A stretch of DNA of 64,000 nucleotides from Octopus vulgaris (lineage: Eukaryota), in assembly GCA_951406725.2 (NCBI GenBank), contig OX597821.1, positions 63,736,001-63,800,000 on the forward strand. The letters are read 5' to 3'. A program made the translations under genes and the position numbers. The notes below the pieces were generated by a model. That model saw only the letters and a program-made list of their open reading frames with translations, did no database searches and was not told where the DNA came from. Shown here in pieces: positions 1 through 13,781 of the stretch (the first letter of the stretch is position 1; every line of letters starts with the position of its first letter).

Positions 1-421
1 CTCATAATTAATCCGTATTATTGTACACGCTGATATACTTTGAATTGTCACGTTCCTTTCTAAATACATATTTCATTGTTGTCACAAATGTTCGAATGTA
101 ATTTCACAGTATTTTATGTTATTAATTTCTGTTTGTAATTCTATATATTAGGGCCAGGTTAGAAAAATGTGGGCGCTCATGTTTGTGCGTGTTTGTGTCT
201 GTGTGTTTGTATTCGGAGGAAAAGTAAGAGAATATGAAAATAGAAATTATTGCACATTCATCAGCAACAAAAGTGAGGACTGTTGTTTTCTCCGTGGTTC
301 GCACAGTCGTTTTTTTCAAAAGATTCTTCTTTATTTTAAAAATTGCATGTTTATACGGTTATGTGAGTTTGACTGAAACTTGATTTATTTGTAGTTATAT
401 CCTGATATTTATATGTATTTA

Positions 422-1021
422 GGGCGGCGAGCTGGCAGAAACATTAGCACGCGGGGCGAATTGCGTAGCCGTATTTCGTCTGCCGTTACGTTCTGGGTTC
501 AAATTCCGCCGAGGTTGACTTTACCTTTCATCCTGTCGGGCTGGATTAAATAAGTACCAGTTACGCACTGGGGTCGATATAATCGTCTTAATCCGATTGT
601 CTGTCCTTGTTTGTCTTTTCTGTGTTTAGCTCCTTGTGGGTAGTAAAGAAATAGGTATTTCGTCTGCCGTTACGTTCTGAGTTCAAATTCCGCCGAGGTC
701 AACTTTAATTTTCATCCTTTCGGAGTAGATTAAATAAGTACCAGTTATGCACTGGGGTCGATATAATCGACTTAATCCGTTTGACTGTCCTTGTTTGTCC
801 CCTCTGTGTTTAGTCCCTTGTGGGTAGTAAAGAAATAGGTATTTCGTCTGCTGTTACGTTCTGAGCTGAAAATCCGCCGAGATCGACTTTGCCTTTCATC
901 TTTTCGGAGTCGATTAAATAAGTACCAGTTACACACTGGAGTCGATGTAATCGACTAATCCCTTTATATGTCCTTGTTTGTCCCCTCTATGTTTAGCCCC
1001 CTGTGGTCAATAAAGAAATAA
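422..1021 (+). mobile_element. tRNA-derived SINE family A (Meta/Sauria-like central domain), head-to-tail trimer
   Basis: Head GGCGGCGAGCTGGCAGAA (A box-like), GAGTTCAAATTCC (B box), central GACTTTGCCTTTCATCCTTTCGGGGTCGATAAA..AGTACC. Body repeats three times with junctions at 653/654 and 837/838. Confidence 0.9.
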
Positions 1022-1139
1022 ATATTCATATGTATTTTTATCTTAATATTTAAATGTAGGTTAGATCGGTGATTGCTTAGGAAACCTAGGTGGGTATCTC
1101 ACTTTTTATGGTGACATTTTATTCATCATTTTATTCACC

Positions 1140-1520
1140 TTTACGTTATGAGTTCAAACTACCCCGGAGTCGACTCTGCCTGTAAATAAGTTCCAGCTGA
1201 TGAAAATAAATTCCAATTGAGCACTGGGGTCGATTTACTCGACTTGGTCCTTTCCCCATATTTTCCGGGCTTTGACCTATAACAGAAAGGAATATTTAAT
1301 TACACATTTCAAATTTTGGCACAAGTCCAACAAGTTTGGGGGACATGAATTAAGGATACATCGACCCCAGTCCTCAACTAGTATTTATTTTATCGATCCT
1401 GAAAGGATGAAAGGAAAAGTCGATCTGGGTGTTATTTGAACTCAGAACGTATAGACTGTCAAAGTGCCGCAAAGCATTTTTTCCCGGCGTGCAAACGATT
1501 CTGGTAGTTCACTGCCTTAA
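1140..1520. mobile_element. Two SINE family A copies, tail-to-tail (1140-1295 +, 1305-1520 -)
   Basis: Same B box and central domain as 422-1021, in opposite orientations. Confidence 0.75.
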
Positions 1521-2149
1521 AGGTATATTTAATTATACAAGTATGACAATGGAATAAAACGGTATTACGTAAGTGAATGACAGCTGGTAAAAGAAAGTGA
1601 GAGCAAAGACAGCGAAAGAATGGTTGGCATAGGAAACACATTTTCTAAAGAGAAACAGGGCGCTCAAGGAAACATATATATAACAGCGCGCGGGGAAATG
1701 ATGGGCTTTCAATGAATGAAAAGACGTTAAGAAATTAGTAATGTGTTGTAGCCTAGTTTATTGCAAATAATACTGGTGTTTAACCATTGCTAAATCATTC
1801 TGTCGTGACGATGAACAGTGCACAGGAGAATGGAATGCTAAGACCTTGTGGCTATAAAAACTACCTTGAAACAGTAAGATAAGTGAGTGAGAGAGAGCGA
1901 GAAATAGCAAGACTGGAAGATGAATGAGAGAGTACGTGGGAGAAGAGAATGTAATGTCACAGAAATATCGATTTATCAGACAGGTGTTGTGGACAAACAC
2001 TAAAGGAACAGATGAAGAGGCAGGGGTAAAAAAAAGCTCATAAGGAGAAGGTTAGTGAAGCAGATGAAATGAAACTGAATATTTGTTTGTGAAGAATATG
2101 AATAAGAAGAGCATTTTTACAAAAAATTGTACGCCGGTAAATATATACA

Positions 2150-2413
2150 CTTTTACTTGTTTCTGCCAGTTATTTGTGGCCATACTGGAGCACCGCCTTT
2201 AGTCGAGCAAATCTACCCCAGGACTTATTCTTTGTAAGCCTAGTACTTTTTCTATCTGTCTATTTTGCCGAACCGCTAAGTTAGGGAGACGTAAACACAC
2301 CAGCATCGGTTGTCAAGCGATGTTGGGGGGGACAAACACACATACACATACACACACACATACATACACACACACATACACATACACACACACATACATA
2401 CACACACACACAC

Positions 2414-2452
<39 letters not shown>

Positions 2453-2620
2453 CATATATACGATGGGCTTCATTCAGTTTCCGTCTACCAAATCCACGCA
2501 CAAGGCTTTGGTTGGCCCGCGGCTATAATAGAAGACACTTGCCCAATGTGCCACGCAATGGGACTGAACCCAGAACCATGCAGTTCGTAAGCAAGCTACT
2601 TACCACACACCCACTCCTAT
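2150..2620 (-). mobile_element. tRNA-derived SINE family B (CORE-like segment, internal TA/TG microsatellite)
   Basis: Reverse complement reads GGAGTGGGTGTGTGGTAAG..GGTTCAGTCCC..TTGGGCAAGTGTCTTCT..GACGGAAACTGAA..(TA/TG)n..GCTCCAGTATGGCC. About 20 copies in the window. Confidence 0.9.
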
Positions 2621-2962
2621 CCCAATATATATAAACATATATATGTCTCCAGTCGAAAGACGCCTATTGTTATGTCCTGTTATTATTATTTTTATTGTTT
2701 TTTTTTAATTACTTATGTATTTATATTCGTGTAACATCGTCCGTTTTTCCGTCCTTGTTTCGTATACATTCGAAACTTTTTCTAAGCAATCTAATGTTCT
2801 TAGCTTAGTTTTCCTTGGGGCTTACCAGATTGGAGCAATCCCACGATTAATCAGCCGAAATTGCGAGGATGATCCGGTTCTTGACTGAAGATTAAAGGCT
2901 TCGAATGACCCGTCCGTGTTTTTTGTATCGTCTTCTGGATGCTTTGCGTTCTTGTCTCATTT

Positions 2963-3024
<62 letters not shown>

Positions 3025-4549
3025 ACTATTAAAATATATTTGGCTGAAAATGGAAAATGCTGCCATAAAATATAACTCAATAAAGTGATGAGGACAAGTT
3101 TGCAAAACGTGTAATAAACAAAAGCAATTTCTTATGCCAGCATTAAAACAAAACGCACAGCATTAGATGTAGAAAACTGTGCAGTCTTAGAAGAAGTACT
3201 AACAACATTTAGCTATTAAAGATGCTTTGATCTAAAATCGAAGTCAGGGTAAATTTAACTTCAAAAAGATTCTAAAAGGGACTAAGAATTTCGAGAAATT
3301 TCGAATGCTTTCAATAATCTCCAAGAAATTTCACCTTATAGCAGGCCTGCATTCAGTTGCATCTTTGTATAAAGATTCTTTTCAGATAAACTTATCATAG
3401 CGATGACATTTGGTGTCTAGCTCACTTCTTGAATTCAGCAAATTTCAATAAGTTGTCAAGATACAGAACTTCTCTCAACTACATATGCAGCATGATCCAT
3501 ATACAATAAATAGAGTGTAGTAGATTCTACCACTGAATGCAATATTTTAAAAGTTGTAATGTTCCAACTTTTTGTCTCCATATATGTTAGGGGATGGAGG
3601 TGGTGACTCTTCGCTTTAAGTATTTTAATAGAATATGCTGTGTATATTTGCTTTGAAGGGCGTTTTTTTAAAGATTTATGTAGGCTTGTGTAGTGTGGTC
3701 TATCAACTTTATTTTAACTCTGTATGTCAACTGGTTGCATTAAATTTTTCCTTTGTCTCAATAACAAAGGGATTAATTAAATGACGGAACATTGTATTGA
3801 TAATATTCGTCGTGTTTCTTATTGGCGCCGGAAATTACATTCCTGGTTTCCCAGAAGAGCTGTAGCTAAGATTTTAACTTTCATAGAGTGCTTCTAATTG
3901 TGCCGAAACCTGATTTCAATTGTATTCGAATGCTGTTGAATGCATTCTCAAGTATGCAAATTACTGTCTCTCTCTCACTATCTCACTTTCGCCCTCTCTC
4001 TTTCAACACATACATACACACATAGTGAGAACCCAATAAGATTCGAAAACCGATTGTGTTCATGTTTTCAATCTATGAAAAAAGTATTAAAGTTTTCCCA
4101 GCTTGTATGTCTATTATATAGGTTATATCCTACCTTGATGTTTTGTGGACTAAGATCCCCGTTAACATGACTCTAATATTAAACAAGAGTACTCAGACAA
4201 CGCAAAACTCTGGCAAGGCAACACCAACGTCGTCGTTTTTTAATCGCCCACAAGAGGTTAAATATCGAGGTTATACAATATAAAAGACAATACAAAACAT
4301 AAAATCGGGGAAATAAAAATACAAAAAGAAATCGAGCAAAGAAGAAAGAATAAAAAGAAACGAATTAAATTATGAAGATAATAAAATGAGGCGCAATGCC
4401 CACTCGACCCCCGAAGTCGAGTGGTTACATTTAGTCATTATTTTTGACAGTTTTTTTCTCTTTCTTCTTTGTTTTATAAAACAAAATGTTCACATTTTCA
4501 TCAGTTTTTTTTTTTGTTGTTCATATATATTTTGTCATATTCCAACAGG

Positions 4550-4926
4550 GGTGGCAGGGCACAATACAACACCGGGCGGTCAATCACATCCACCACTTCA
4601 CGATACGAACTCAGGAACACGGGGCATCTCTCACCATTCAACAGAACAACACCTCTGGGAACATGGGTGTTTCGTTCAACATCCTTAAACAACCCTTATT
4701 ATTCAGGGACCTTTTGAGTGGGATGGGTTACTCTACCAAAAGAAAATTCTAACTGGGCCCCCACCTGCAAGACCATGTGCTGTTTATCTTGATATGAGAT
4801 CACTATGTCGTGCACATGTGGTTGTGATGTATGTGCCTAGCGTATCCTTATCAGACGGGTAGTAATGATGGTCTTCGTATATTTTACTCCAGTGTCACTT
4901 TGATGGCATGCACTGTTCTCTCACTC

Positions 4927-4988
<62 letters not shown>

Positions 4989-4995
4989 TAACAAT
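4550..4995 (+). mobile_element. Retroposon 3' end with (AAT)n tail
   Basis: Near-identical to the reverse complement of 8725-9030. Ends GGCATGCACTGTTCTCTCACTC(AAT)n. Confidence 0.75.
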
Positions 4996-5023
4996 GTGTG
5001 TCTATATATACACATATATATAT

Positions 5024-5105
<82 letters not shown>

Positions 5106-5254
5106 CATGGACCGCACCCCCTTTGGGATTTTTTTCTTTTAGAGGAACACACTATATCGAGGGCGGAGGTTCCGAATCTGCCAAAAAGGAGAAAGCATTT
5201 CAAAAATTTATTAAAATTTATTAAAATTTATTAAAATTTCACCTTTTGAAAAAA

Positions 5255-6100
5255 TTTTGGCGGGCGAAATAACTAGAAAAATACGGAGATTATGATTCTG
5301 AAAAAAAATTTTCAAATAAGTAAATAAACAGCCCTCTCCGATCCGCCCTATGACAAGAAGTAAAATTAAATTGTTTTCTCTACTAATATTTGACGCATGC
5401 AAAAAGTATCTAAGCAGAAACCCTGACATGCTAGAAATATGTTTTCAAAATTATAATATGAATTACCACAGAAGAAAAAAATTCAAAACTTAATCCCCAC
5501 CCCCAAATTCTTCATTTTTCACTTATTTTAAATATTTTTTGGCGAAATACGTAGAAAAATAGGGAGATTATGATTCTAAAATATATTGTTTGAAAAATTT
5601 CAATTTTTCAAAAAGTGAAAAATACCCCTCCCTATGACAGAAAGTGAAATTTGCCCCCGCCCCTTTTTTTCTTCGCCATAAAGGCAAAGAACGAAAACGT
5701 GTTTTGGAGGTTTCAAAATCTTCAATTTTTAAGTACGACCCGACCGGAAATCTGACAGGCTAGAAACAACAGTCAAACCGTGATCAACTTTCTAAATACG
5801 AATTACGAAAATAGTAAAGCAATTTTAATGTCATATTCATGTGTGTGTGTGTGTGAGTTGGTGAGTACAAAAAATCTAATTTTTACTTACCTCTCTTAAT
5901 TCCAAAAGACCCTCAACCATAACATATTGAGTTATGTTCGTCATAAAACATTAGTAGAGAAAAGACTTTAATTTTACTCCTTGTCGTTGGGCTTGAGAAG
6001 AGGTGTTTATTTATTTTGAAAATTTGAAATTTTACAAATTTTGTTTTTCCATATAATAATCTCCGTATTTTACTGCGAATTTCACCCAAAATAATTTTTT
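5255..6100. repeat. Degenerate ~280-bp tandem units plus an inverted partial copy (probable DNA-transposon interior)
   Basis: GGAGATTATGATTCT at ~5285 and ~5562, CCCTATGACA at ~5346 and ~5629, inverted ATAATCTCCGTATTTT at ~6056. Confidence 0.55.
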
Positions 6101-6160
6101 TAAAGTGGAAATGGTGGGGGAATTAAAATGTTGCAGTTAATATCTACATATATGTATGTG

Positions 6161-6227
<67 letters not shown>

Positions 6228-6689
6228 GCAATACATATCTATTACTTTCCAGTAAAATAAAGCACCGAAAAGGTAGAAGTATAAATATAAATACAGATTA
6301 GGGGTAGAACAAGGTACCAAAATTTACTGGAAATAGCAGTCGATGCAAATACAACGCTATTGTAACTTTTGGTGCCTTTTTGTACCACTATTCTGTATAT
6401 ATATATATATATCTTTCTTCAGTGGATATAATGAATTAAGTTACCCCGTAAAATTAAATTATTAGTATTCGTGAAAATTCTTTGCAAGAAATGTGATTAC
6501 ATAGTTATGAAATTTAAATTAATTACAAAATTGAGCAGAAATAAGAGGCCAGAATTAAGTAGGATCACTGAAAATTGGAATAACAACTGCAGACATGTTC
6601 TGTTCCCATTGAACCTCGTCAGTAAACCATAAACCTGTACATACTTGTTGCACTTTAGAACAAGTGAGAGGATTACTCTTTACTCTTTA

Positions 6690-7100
6690 CCATTTTACTT
6701 GTTTCAGTCATTTGACTGTGGTCATACTTCAGCACCGCCTTTAGTCGAGCAAATCGACCCCAGGACTTATTCTTTGTAAGCCTAGTACTTATTCTATTGG
6801 TCCTTTTTGCCGAATTGCAAAGTTACGGAGACGTATACACACCAGCATTGGTTGTCAAGCGACGTTGGAGGGGGGGACAAACAAACAAAGACACATAAGC
6901 ATTTACACACACATACATATACGTATACATATATTCGACGGGGTTCTTTCAGTTTCCGTCAACGAAATACACTCACAAGGCTTTGGTCGGCTTGAGGCTA
7001 TAGTAGAAGAGACTTGCCCAAGGTGTCACACACTGGGACTGAACCCAGAACTATGTGGTCCGTAAGTAACTTACTTACCACACAGCCACTCCTGCGCCTG
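6690..7100 (-). mobile_element. SINE family B
   Basis: Full-length match to family B motifs on the minus strand. Confidence 0.9.
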
Positions 7101-7213
7101 TTTTTTGCTGAAAAGATCTGCAGATTAGATAGTTTAAAATAATGAGAAGGAAATTTTCCCTAGTGGTTATATCCTACTCCACTTGCAATATTGCTGCATT
7201 CACACACCTACAT

Positions 7214-7279
<66 letters not shown>

Positions 7280-7289
7280 CACTACTGAG

Positions 7290-7620
7290 AACCTCTTCGG
7301 TCACGACACAGGCCATGGGAATGCTCCTAGAAAGTTACCCTCCCAGGCACAATTCCGGGTAAGGTTGTTTATGGAAGACCAGCAGTCGCCCATGCATACC
7401 AGCCTCCCCTCTCCACCCCACCGATGTCATCCAAGGGAAATGCAAAGGCCAATACAGCTTGGCACCTGTGACATCGCAACTCATTTCTACAGCTGAGTGA
7501 ACTGGAGCAATGTGAAATAAAGTGTCTTGCTCAAGAACACAACACGCAGCCCGACCCGGGATCGAGCTCACAACCTCACTGTCTTAGGCTCGACGCTCTA
7601 AACACTGAGCCATGCGCCTT

Positions 7621-7622
<2 letters not shown>
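7290..7622 (-). mobile_element. tRNA-derived CORE-type SINE (family C-like) inserted in (ACT)n
   Basis: RC reads GGCGCATGGCTCAGTGTTTAGAGCGTCG..CGATCCCGGG..TTCTTGAGCAAGACACTTTATTTCAC. (ACT)n on both sides. Confidence 0.8.
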
Positions 7623-7671
<49 letters not shown>

Positions 7672-8139
7672 ATGCACGTACACACCTAAAATATTAGCCC
7701 GCTCAACATGAACCATATCCAGGTACGTGTAGTATATTCTCAACAATAACGTTCATTAATCCGATGTAAAGATTCATTTGTAAATATAACTGAGAATGGC
7801 AGTGATTGAATCCAGGCCAACAACTAGAATAACAAAAATAAATGTAAGTAAATAAAGCGCTATTATATTCTGGTTTTAGCTTTAACGTTGATCGAGTTTC
7901 TGGAATTCTTCAAATATGAAGTATTGATTGGTCTATAATGGCAAACCGAAGTATTATCGTACTTCATATATTGTTCTTCAGTTTACATCCAGTTTCCAAT
8001 CCAGCTACGGTCAACTTCGCCTTTTATTCATTCGAGGTCGTAGAAAATAACGTACTGGTCAAGTGCTAGTGTGTATGTGTGTATAGGCTATATCCAGAAA
8101 AAAACTTTTGGTGAGTGTGCCTATGTCAGTATTCTTTGT

Positions 8140-8412
8140 AAGCACTAAGTAACGGGTGCATAAGCACACCAGCATCGGTTGTCAAGCAATGCTAGGGGGA
8201 CAAACACAGACACACAAACACACACACGCATATATATACATATATATGACGGGCTTCTTTCAGTTTCCGTCTACCAACTCCACTTACAAGGCATTGGTCG
8301 ACCCGAGGCTATAGTAGAAGACACTTGCCCAAGGTGCCACGCAGTGGGACTGAACCCGGAACCCCGTAGTTGGTATACAAGCTACTTACCACACAGCCAC
8401 TCCTGCGCCTAT
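8140..8412 (-). mobile_element. SINE family B (partial)
   Basis: Family B head and internal microsatellite. Confidence 0.85.
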
Positions 8413-8413
8413 A

Positions 8414-8483
<70 letters not shown>

Positions 8484-8506
8484 CATTACTATTATTATTA
8501 TTATTA

Positions 8507-8725
8507 AGACGACGAGCTGGCAAAATCGTTAGCAAGCCGTGCGAAATGCTTAGCGGTATTTCGTCTGCTGGTACGCTTGGAGTTCAAATTCCGGCGTGGT
8601 CGACTTTGTCTTTCATCATTTAAGGATCGATAAAATAAGTACCAGTCTTGCACTTGAGATCAATGTAATCGAGTAGCCCCCCCTTGCCCCAAAAAAGTTT
8701 TGAAGGCCATGTGCCTAGAGTAGAA
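8507..8725 (+). mobile_element. SINE family A
   Basis: GACGACGAGCTGGCAAAATCGTTAGC..GAGTTCAAATTCC..central domain. Confidence 0.85.
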
Positions 8726-9290
8726 ATTATTATTATTATTATTATTATTGAGTGAGAGAGCAGTGCATGCCATCAAAGTGACACTGGGGTAAAATATACG
8801 AAGCCCAGTATACCCATCATGACTACCCGTCTGATAAGGGTACACCAGGCACATGCATCACAACCATATGTGCGCGACATGGTGATCTCATATCAAGATA
8901 AACAGCACATGACCTTGCAGGTGGGGCCCAGTTAGAATTTTCTTCAGGTTGAGTAGCCCATCCTGCTCAAAAGGTCCCTGAATAAGGGTTGTTTAAGGAT
9001 GTTGAAAGAACCACCCATGTTTCCAGAGGTGAATTATTCAAACCCCAAAGAATCCCTCTCAACACATGGCTATGATGCTCCCCCACTACTTCTGCTCGTG
9101 ATCAGAGATGCACATATCGTCAGCCACTAAGGGACATGCTCAACTGGTTACGGTCAAACAACTGACAAGCAAATCTGTGGTATTGAGCAGAATATTTGCT
9201 GTAGCCCATCTTTTATACCAAGACAAAACAATGTACATGATAACACTTCCAATCAGTTAAGATCAGAAGCCATGAGAGCCACTGCCTGGT
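8725..9290 (-). mobile_element. Retroposon 3' end with (AAT)n tail (same family as 4550-4995)
   Basis: Inverted high-identity match to 4650-4930. Confidence 0.75.
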
Positions 9291-9364
9291 ACTATTATTA
9301 TTACTATTATTATTATTATAATCATCATCATCATCATCATCAACATTATTATTATTGATGCTAA

Positions 9365-9560
9365 AGCGGCGAGCCGGGCAAAATGCTAAGCGGCATCTCG
9401 TCCGTCATTACGTTCTGAGTGCAAATGCCACCGAGGTCGACTTTCCCTTTCATCCTTTCGGGATCCTTAAATTAAGTACCCATGAAACACTGCGGTCGGT
9501 GTAATCGACTGCACCCCTTCCGCAAACTTTCAGGCCCTGTGTCTATAATACAAAGGATTA
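9365..9560 (+). mobile_element. SINE family A
   Basis: Head plus GTCGACTTTCCCTTTCATCCTTTCGGGATC. Confidence 0.8.
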
Positions 9561-10073
9561 ACAATTATTAAAAGTCGTAGTATTAGTAGTTGTAGCAGCA
9601 ACGTCTATTCATTCTTGCCAGGTTCGCACGAAAGCCAAGAATAATATACTCGCAATTGTACAACTAACATACGCCAATTGTCGCACATCTTACGTATAGT
9701 TAACAATGCTAAGGTTATTTTAGTTTCAGAACAATAATAGACACTTCAGTTGAAAGCACCAACACAGAACGTGAAAATGTGGGCATCGGCAAGCAGACAC
9801 TTTCACTCACACACTCGCGCGCGCGAACACACGTACGCACTCGTGTATATACTTTGACATGTATATATAGGTGGAGGGGTTTAGATCTTCATACAGACGC
9901 ATGCAGACATGTGTCTACTTGTTTGCATGTATTCAGATACAGCCAACTTTATCCAGATCGTATTCCTCTAGAAATGACTGTTATTAACGTAGAATCATGT
10001 GATCACACTGCATATGTATGTATGTATATATACGTACTTACATACATACATATATATATATATACGTACTTAC

Positions 10074-10133
<60 letters not shown>

Positions 10134-10152
10134 TTGCATATGTACATATATG

Positions 10153-10193
<41 letters not shown>

Positions 10194-10769
10194 AAGAGAG
10201 AGAGTGATAGAAGCAGAGAGACGTATGTAGGTTTATGCATATGTGCGCGTGTCTGTGTGTGACCCTGTGTTTGTACGCCGGTGTACGTGTGTGTGTGTGT
10301 GTGTAGTTACATTACGAATGCAAAATTTGTCCCAAATTTCTCTCCGCTACACTTCTCACTGCTGAACTGAAAATATGATTCAATAATAAAGTTTTGGTAT
10401 TGGAACGTAAAGCCTATTACTAGTTTGTGAAACGAAACTTTTAGCTTTTAAGAATAAATTCCTTATTCCTCAGAAATTACTTCAGAAATTTCAAATTTTA
10501 GTTGTCAAAGGAAATTACGTTCATGTAGTGCTTATTGCTATTATATTCGGTACTATTTTCCCTTGCTAAACAATAATGTCATTAGAAAATTCACCATAAG
10601 TTATATGGGATCACAAGGGAGTGCAATGCTTGTTATCTGATTACTCATATACATACACGCATAAAGACAGACATGGAGGTGTATATATAGACAAGCTCCC
10701 AAGGATAGTGACAGATGTATATTAAATGCATATATGCAATTATGTACACATTCACAAAAACACATATGA

Positions 10770-10812
<43 letters not shown>

Positions 10813-10942
10813 ACACATGTATACACGTATATACACGCACAGCACGTATTTGCACACGTACAACACATGTAGACACAACTCTATAACAAACGTATATATA
10901 GCAATTTAGCGTAAATGTAAATAAATCTATATAGCATATATC

Positions 10943-10979
<37 letters not shown>

Positions 10980-11575
10980 GCGCACACACACACACATATA
11001 TATATAGACACACACATAATACACCTGTATATATAAACCCATATAAATCACCTGTGCATATACGCATAAATAAATAGCTCATATTTTTAGGTATGCATAT
11101 ATATATATATATATATATTATGTATATATATATGTGTATATTTATATGTGTGTATATATATATGTGTGTGTATATAAATATATATACACACACAAATCGC
11201 ATCAGTATATTTTTAAACACGTAACATACATGTGTACAACATATACATGTACACATATAACATATTCACACAGTAGATGATATTATATCAGAGTTTAAAT
11301 ATTTTTCATGAGAAAGTCTGTTGAACCATTTGGCGTCTTCCTACGACTGCTTCCAACCTACATAACGGTGTGTAATGCTCGAAGCATCGGTGATTAGAAT
11401 ACGTGTGAGGAAGGAAACTTGTATGTCCTACTGGATGAAGGAAACCGCTCTAAATAGCAGAATCATAGAAACCCTATCGCATATATTTTAACAGCAGTGT
11501 AATTGTATAAGAGTAGTGTTTAGAGTAGACTGGCTGAAAGCATTACTACTGAAATTAGCAGTTTGTATGCGTGCG

Positions 11576-11625
<50 letters not shown>

Positions 11626-11655
11626 GTAGAAGGTTGAAAAGGAATACACTAGTTG

Positions 11656-11860
11656 ATATGTATAAGGAAAATTAGACAACGTAGAAAATGCTAAAATAAT
11701 TTTATCATGAAGAACATTTTAGTACCGGATCCAGTCTTTGCGACTTTTTCAACTTAGAGTAACGTATGAAAAACAATTAAACTATGGTAAAATGAAATGA
11801 AATGTTTATTCAAAATATTTCCATAGTTTTTAAATGCAGGGGACATTTTCCTTTTTTCTG

Positions 11861-11907
<47 letters not shown>

Positions 11908-12883
11908 AATCTGTTGAAGGCTTCATAGTAGGTAGTAGCTAATAGCAGTCCTAAAAGAATATTTGATATGAGTTCTTGGTTTTGAGTGTTTAAGCAGGAG
12001 TAGTATCCGAGGAAGGGGGCCAAGAAGAAGACGAAGACGAAGAAGAAGAAGAAGAAGAAGAAGAAGAAGAAGAAGAAGAAGAAGAAGAAAAATACCGGAG
12101 TGGTATGACAGTAGTAGGATGTTGGTAGCATCCTCTTAAATGGTCAAGTGACCTAAAAGTGACCTGTTGTGGTTGTAATAGTAGTGATTGGAATTGTTCT
12201 GAATAAATTCATGGATAATGACTGTTCTCAATATATCATTTTAATATCATTTTTTTGCTGTCGAGTTTACTTGCGCTACTGTTAGGAGACTTTTCATAGA
12301 TTTGGGTTGTCTTTTGCTCTTGATGATGGTGTGCGTGTGGAGGTTTAAATTCATTCTGTGGCCTCTTTTTAGTAGATGAATTTTCTGGAGGATGGTGTCG
12401 AATGCTTCATTATTAATGGGGTTGTGTGTGGAGATGTATGGTAGGGCTTTTGGTTATAAATCCTTCTTTAGTTTGGGACATCTGAGTTTGTCGATGTTGA
12501 GTTGCAGGGCACGTTGAGAGCCTATATCAATTTGTGATGGTAGGTAGTTCATGGTAATGAGTGTATTCTTTAGTTCATGTAGTCGTGTGTCCCTGGTGCT
12601 TGTATTATAAACTATAGTACAAATCCTTGTTTCTAGGTTGAAAGGGATATTCATTCTAGTGTGTATGGGATGGCATGAGCTGAACGGTAGATATTGCTTG
12701 GAGTCCATAGGCATGCATTTAAAAACTATGGAAATATTTTAAAAAGCATTTCATTTCATTTTTCCACAATTCAATTGTTTTTCATGCGCTACTCTAAGTT
12801 GAAGATGTCGCAAAGACTGAAACTGGTAAAACGTCCTTCGTGATAAAATCATTTTATCATTTTCTACCTTGTCATATTTTCCT

Positions 12884-12890
<7 letters not shown>
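11656..12890 (-). mobile_element. 5'-truncated Penelope-like element: RT C-terminal remnant between inverted pseudo-LTRs
   Basis: Minus ORF 12454-12714 (DSKQYLPFSSCHPIHTRMNIPFNLETRICTIV) resembles the PLE RT C-terminal region; it continues frameshifted as KSKRQPKSMKSLLT. Arms 11656-11838 and 12714-12890 are inverted copies. Confidence 0.8.
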
Positions 12891-12957
<67 letters not shown>

Positions 12958-13690
12958 TGTATGTGTGTCTAAAATTCACATTTGTGAAGGAAAACCATAT
13001 ACCCTTGGAGTAGAATCCTTACATTTAATATTCTACACAGCTTTATGAAAGTTATAGAAAGGTATTCTCCCATATAATACACACATACATACATACATAC
13101 ATTCATACATACATACATACATACATACATACATACATACATACATACATACATACATACATACATACATACATACATACATGTGTGTGTCCACGCCCGC
13201 GCCTGTGTAATGAAAAATGAAAGATGATAAACAGTTTGTAGGAGATGCTGTAGGATTAAATGTAAAATTAAAACCATACAATTCCATATTAGGATAAATT
13301 TGAAGCTGATTAATTTTATATTAGAAATGGTTTGTATAGTAGTTAAAAGGTTTAAATTTCTACAAAAGGAAGTATAACAATAGACTCTAATTGATCGGTT
13401 ACTGAAAGACTCGTAATTACTTGTTATATCAGTAAAAATAGCACGAGTGGTTGTATGCAAATATGTGCTTCTTTCGATTTTTAAATCACAGATATTTTTC
13501 TACATACATTTTTCCTCTTCACTATTACAGTTCCTTCAGCTATTTTATATATACTTGCATTAAATTTTCTGTCATTTTTTAGTGATAAAATGAATTAAGA
13601 ACATTTTTTTTTGCAATTGATTAATTTCGTTGAATAAGTTTTATTTCTATCCTTAAACATAAGTTTTTTTCTTTTCATTTCATTTTGACG

Positions 13691-13781
13691 TTAAACATAT
13701 GATATGCCATAGTTTAAATTAACTCTAGGTTTTTCATTATTAATCCGATACTGAAAATTATCGGGGAAAGTAGGTTTCTTC
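13691..13781 (-). other. Possible terminal coding exon of an unidentified host gene
   Basis: Acceptor-like TTGTTATTTCAG|G, then KKPTFPDNFQYRINNEKPRVNLNYGISYV* in repeat-free sequence. No homology recognised. Confidence 0.25.

Noticed and set aside
422-1021. CRISPR-like repeat array
   Set aside because: Eukaryotic SINE multimer with no unique spacers and no cas genes.
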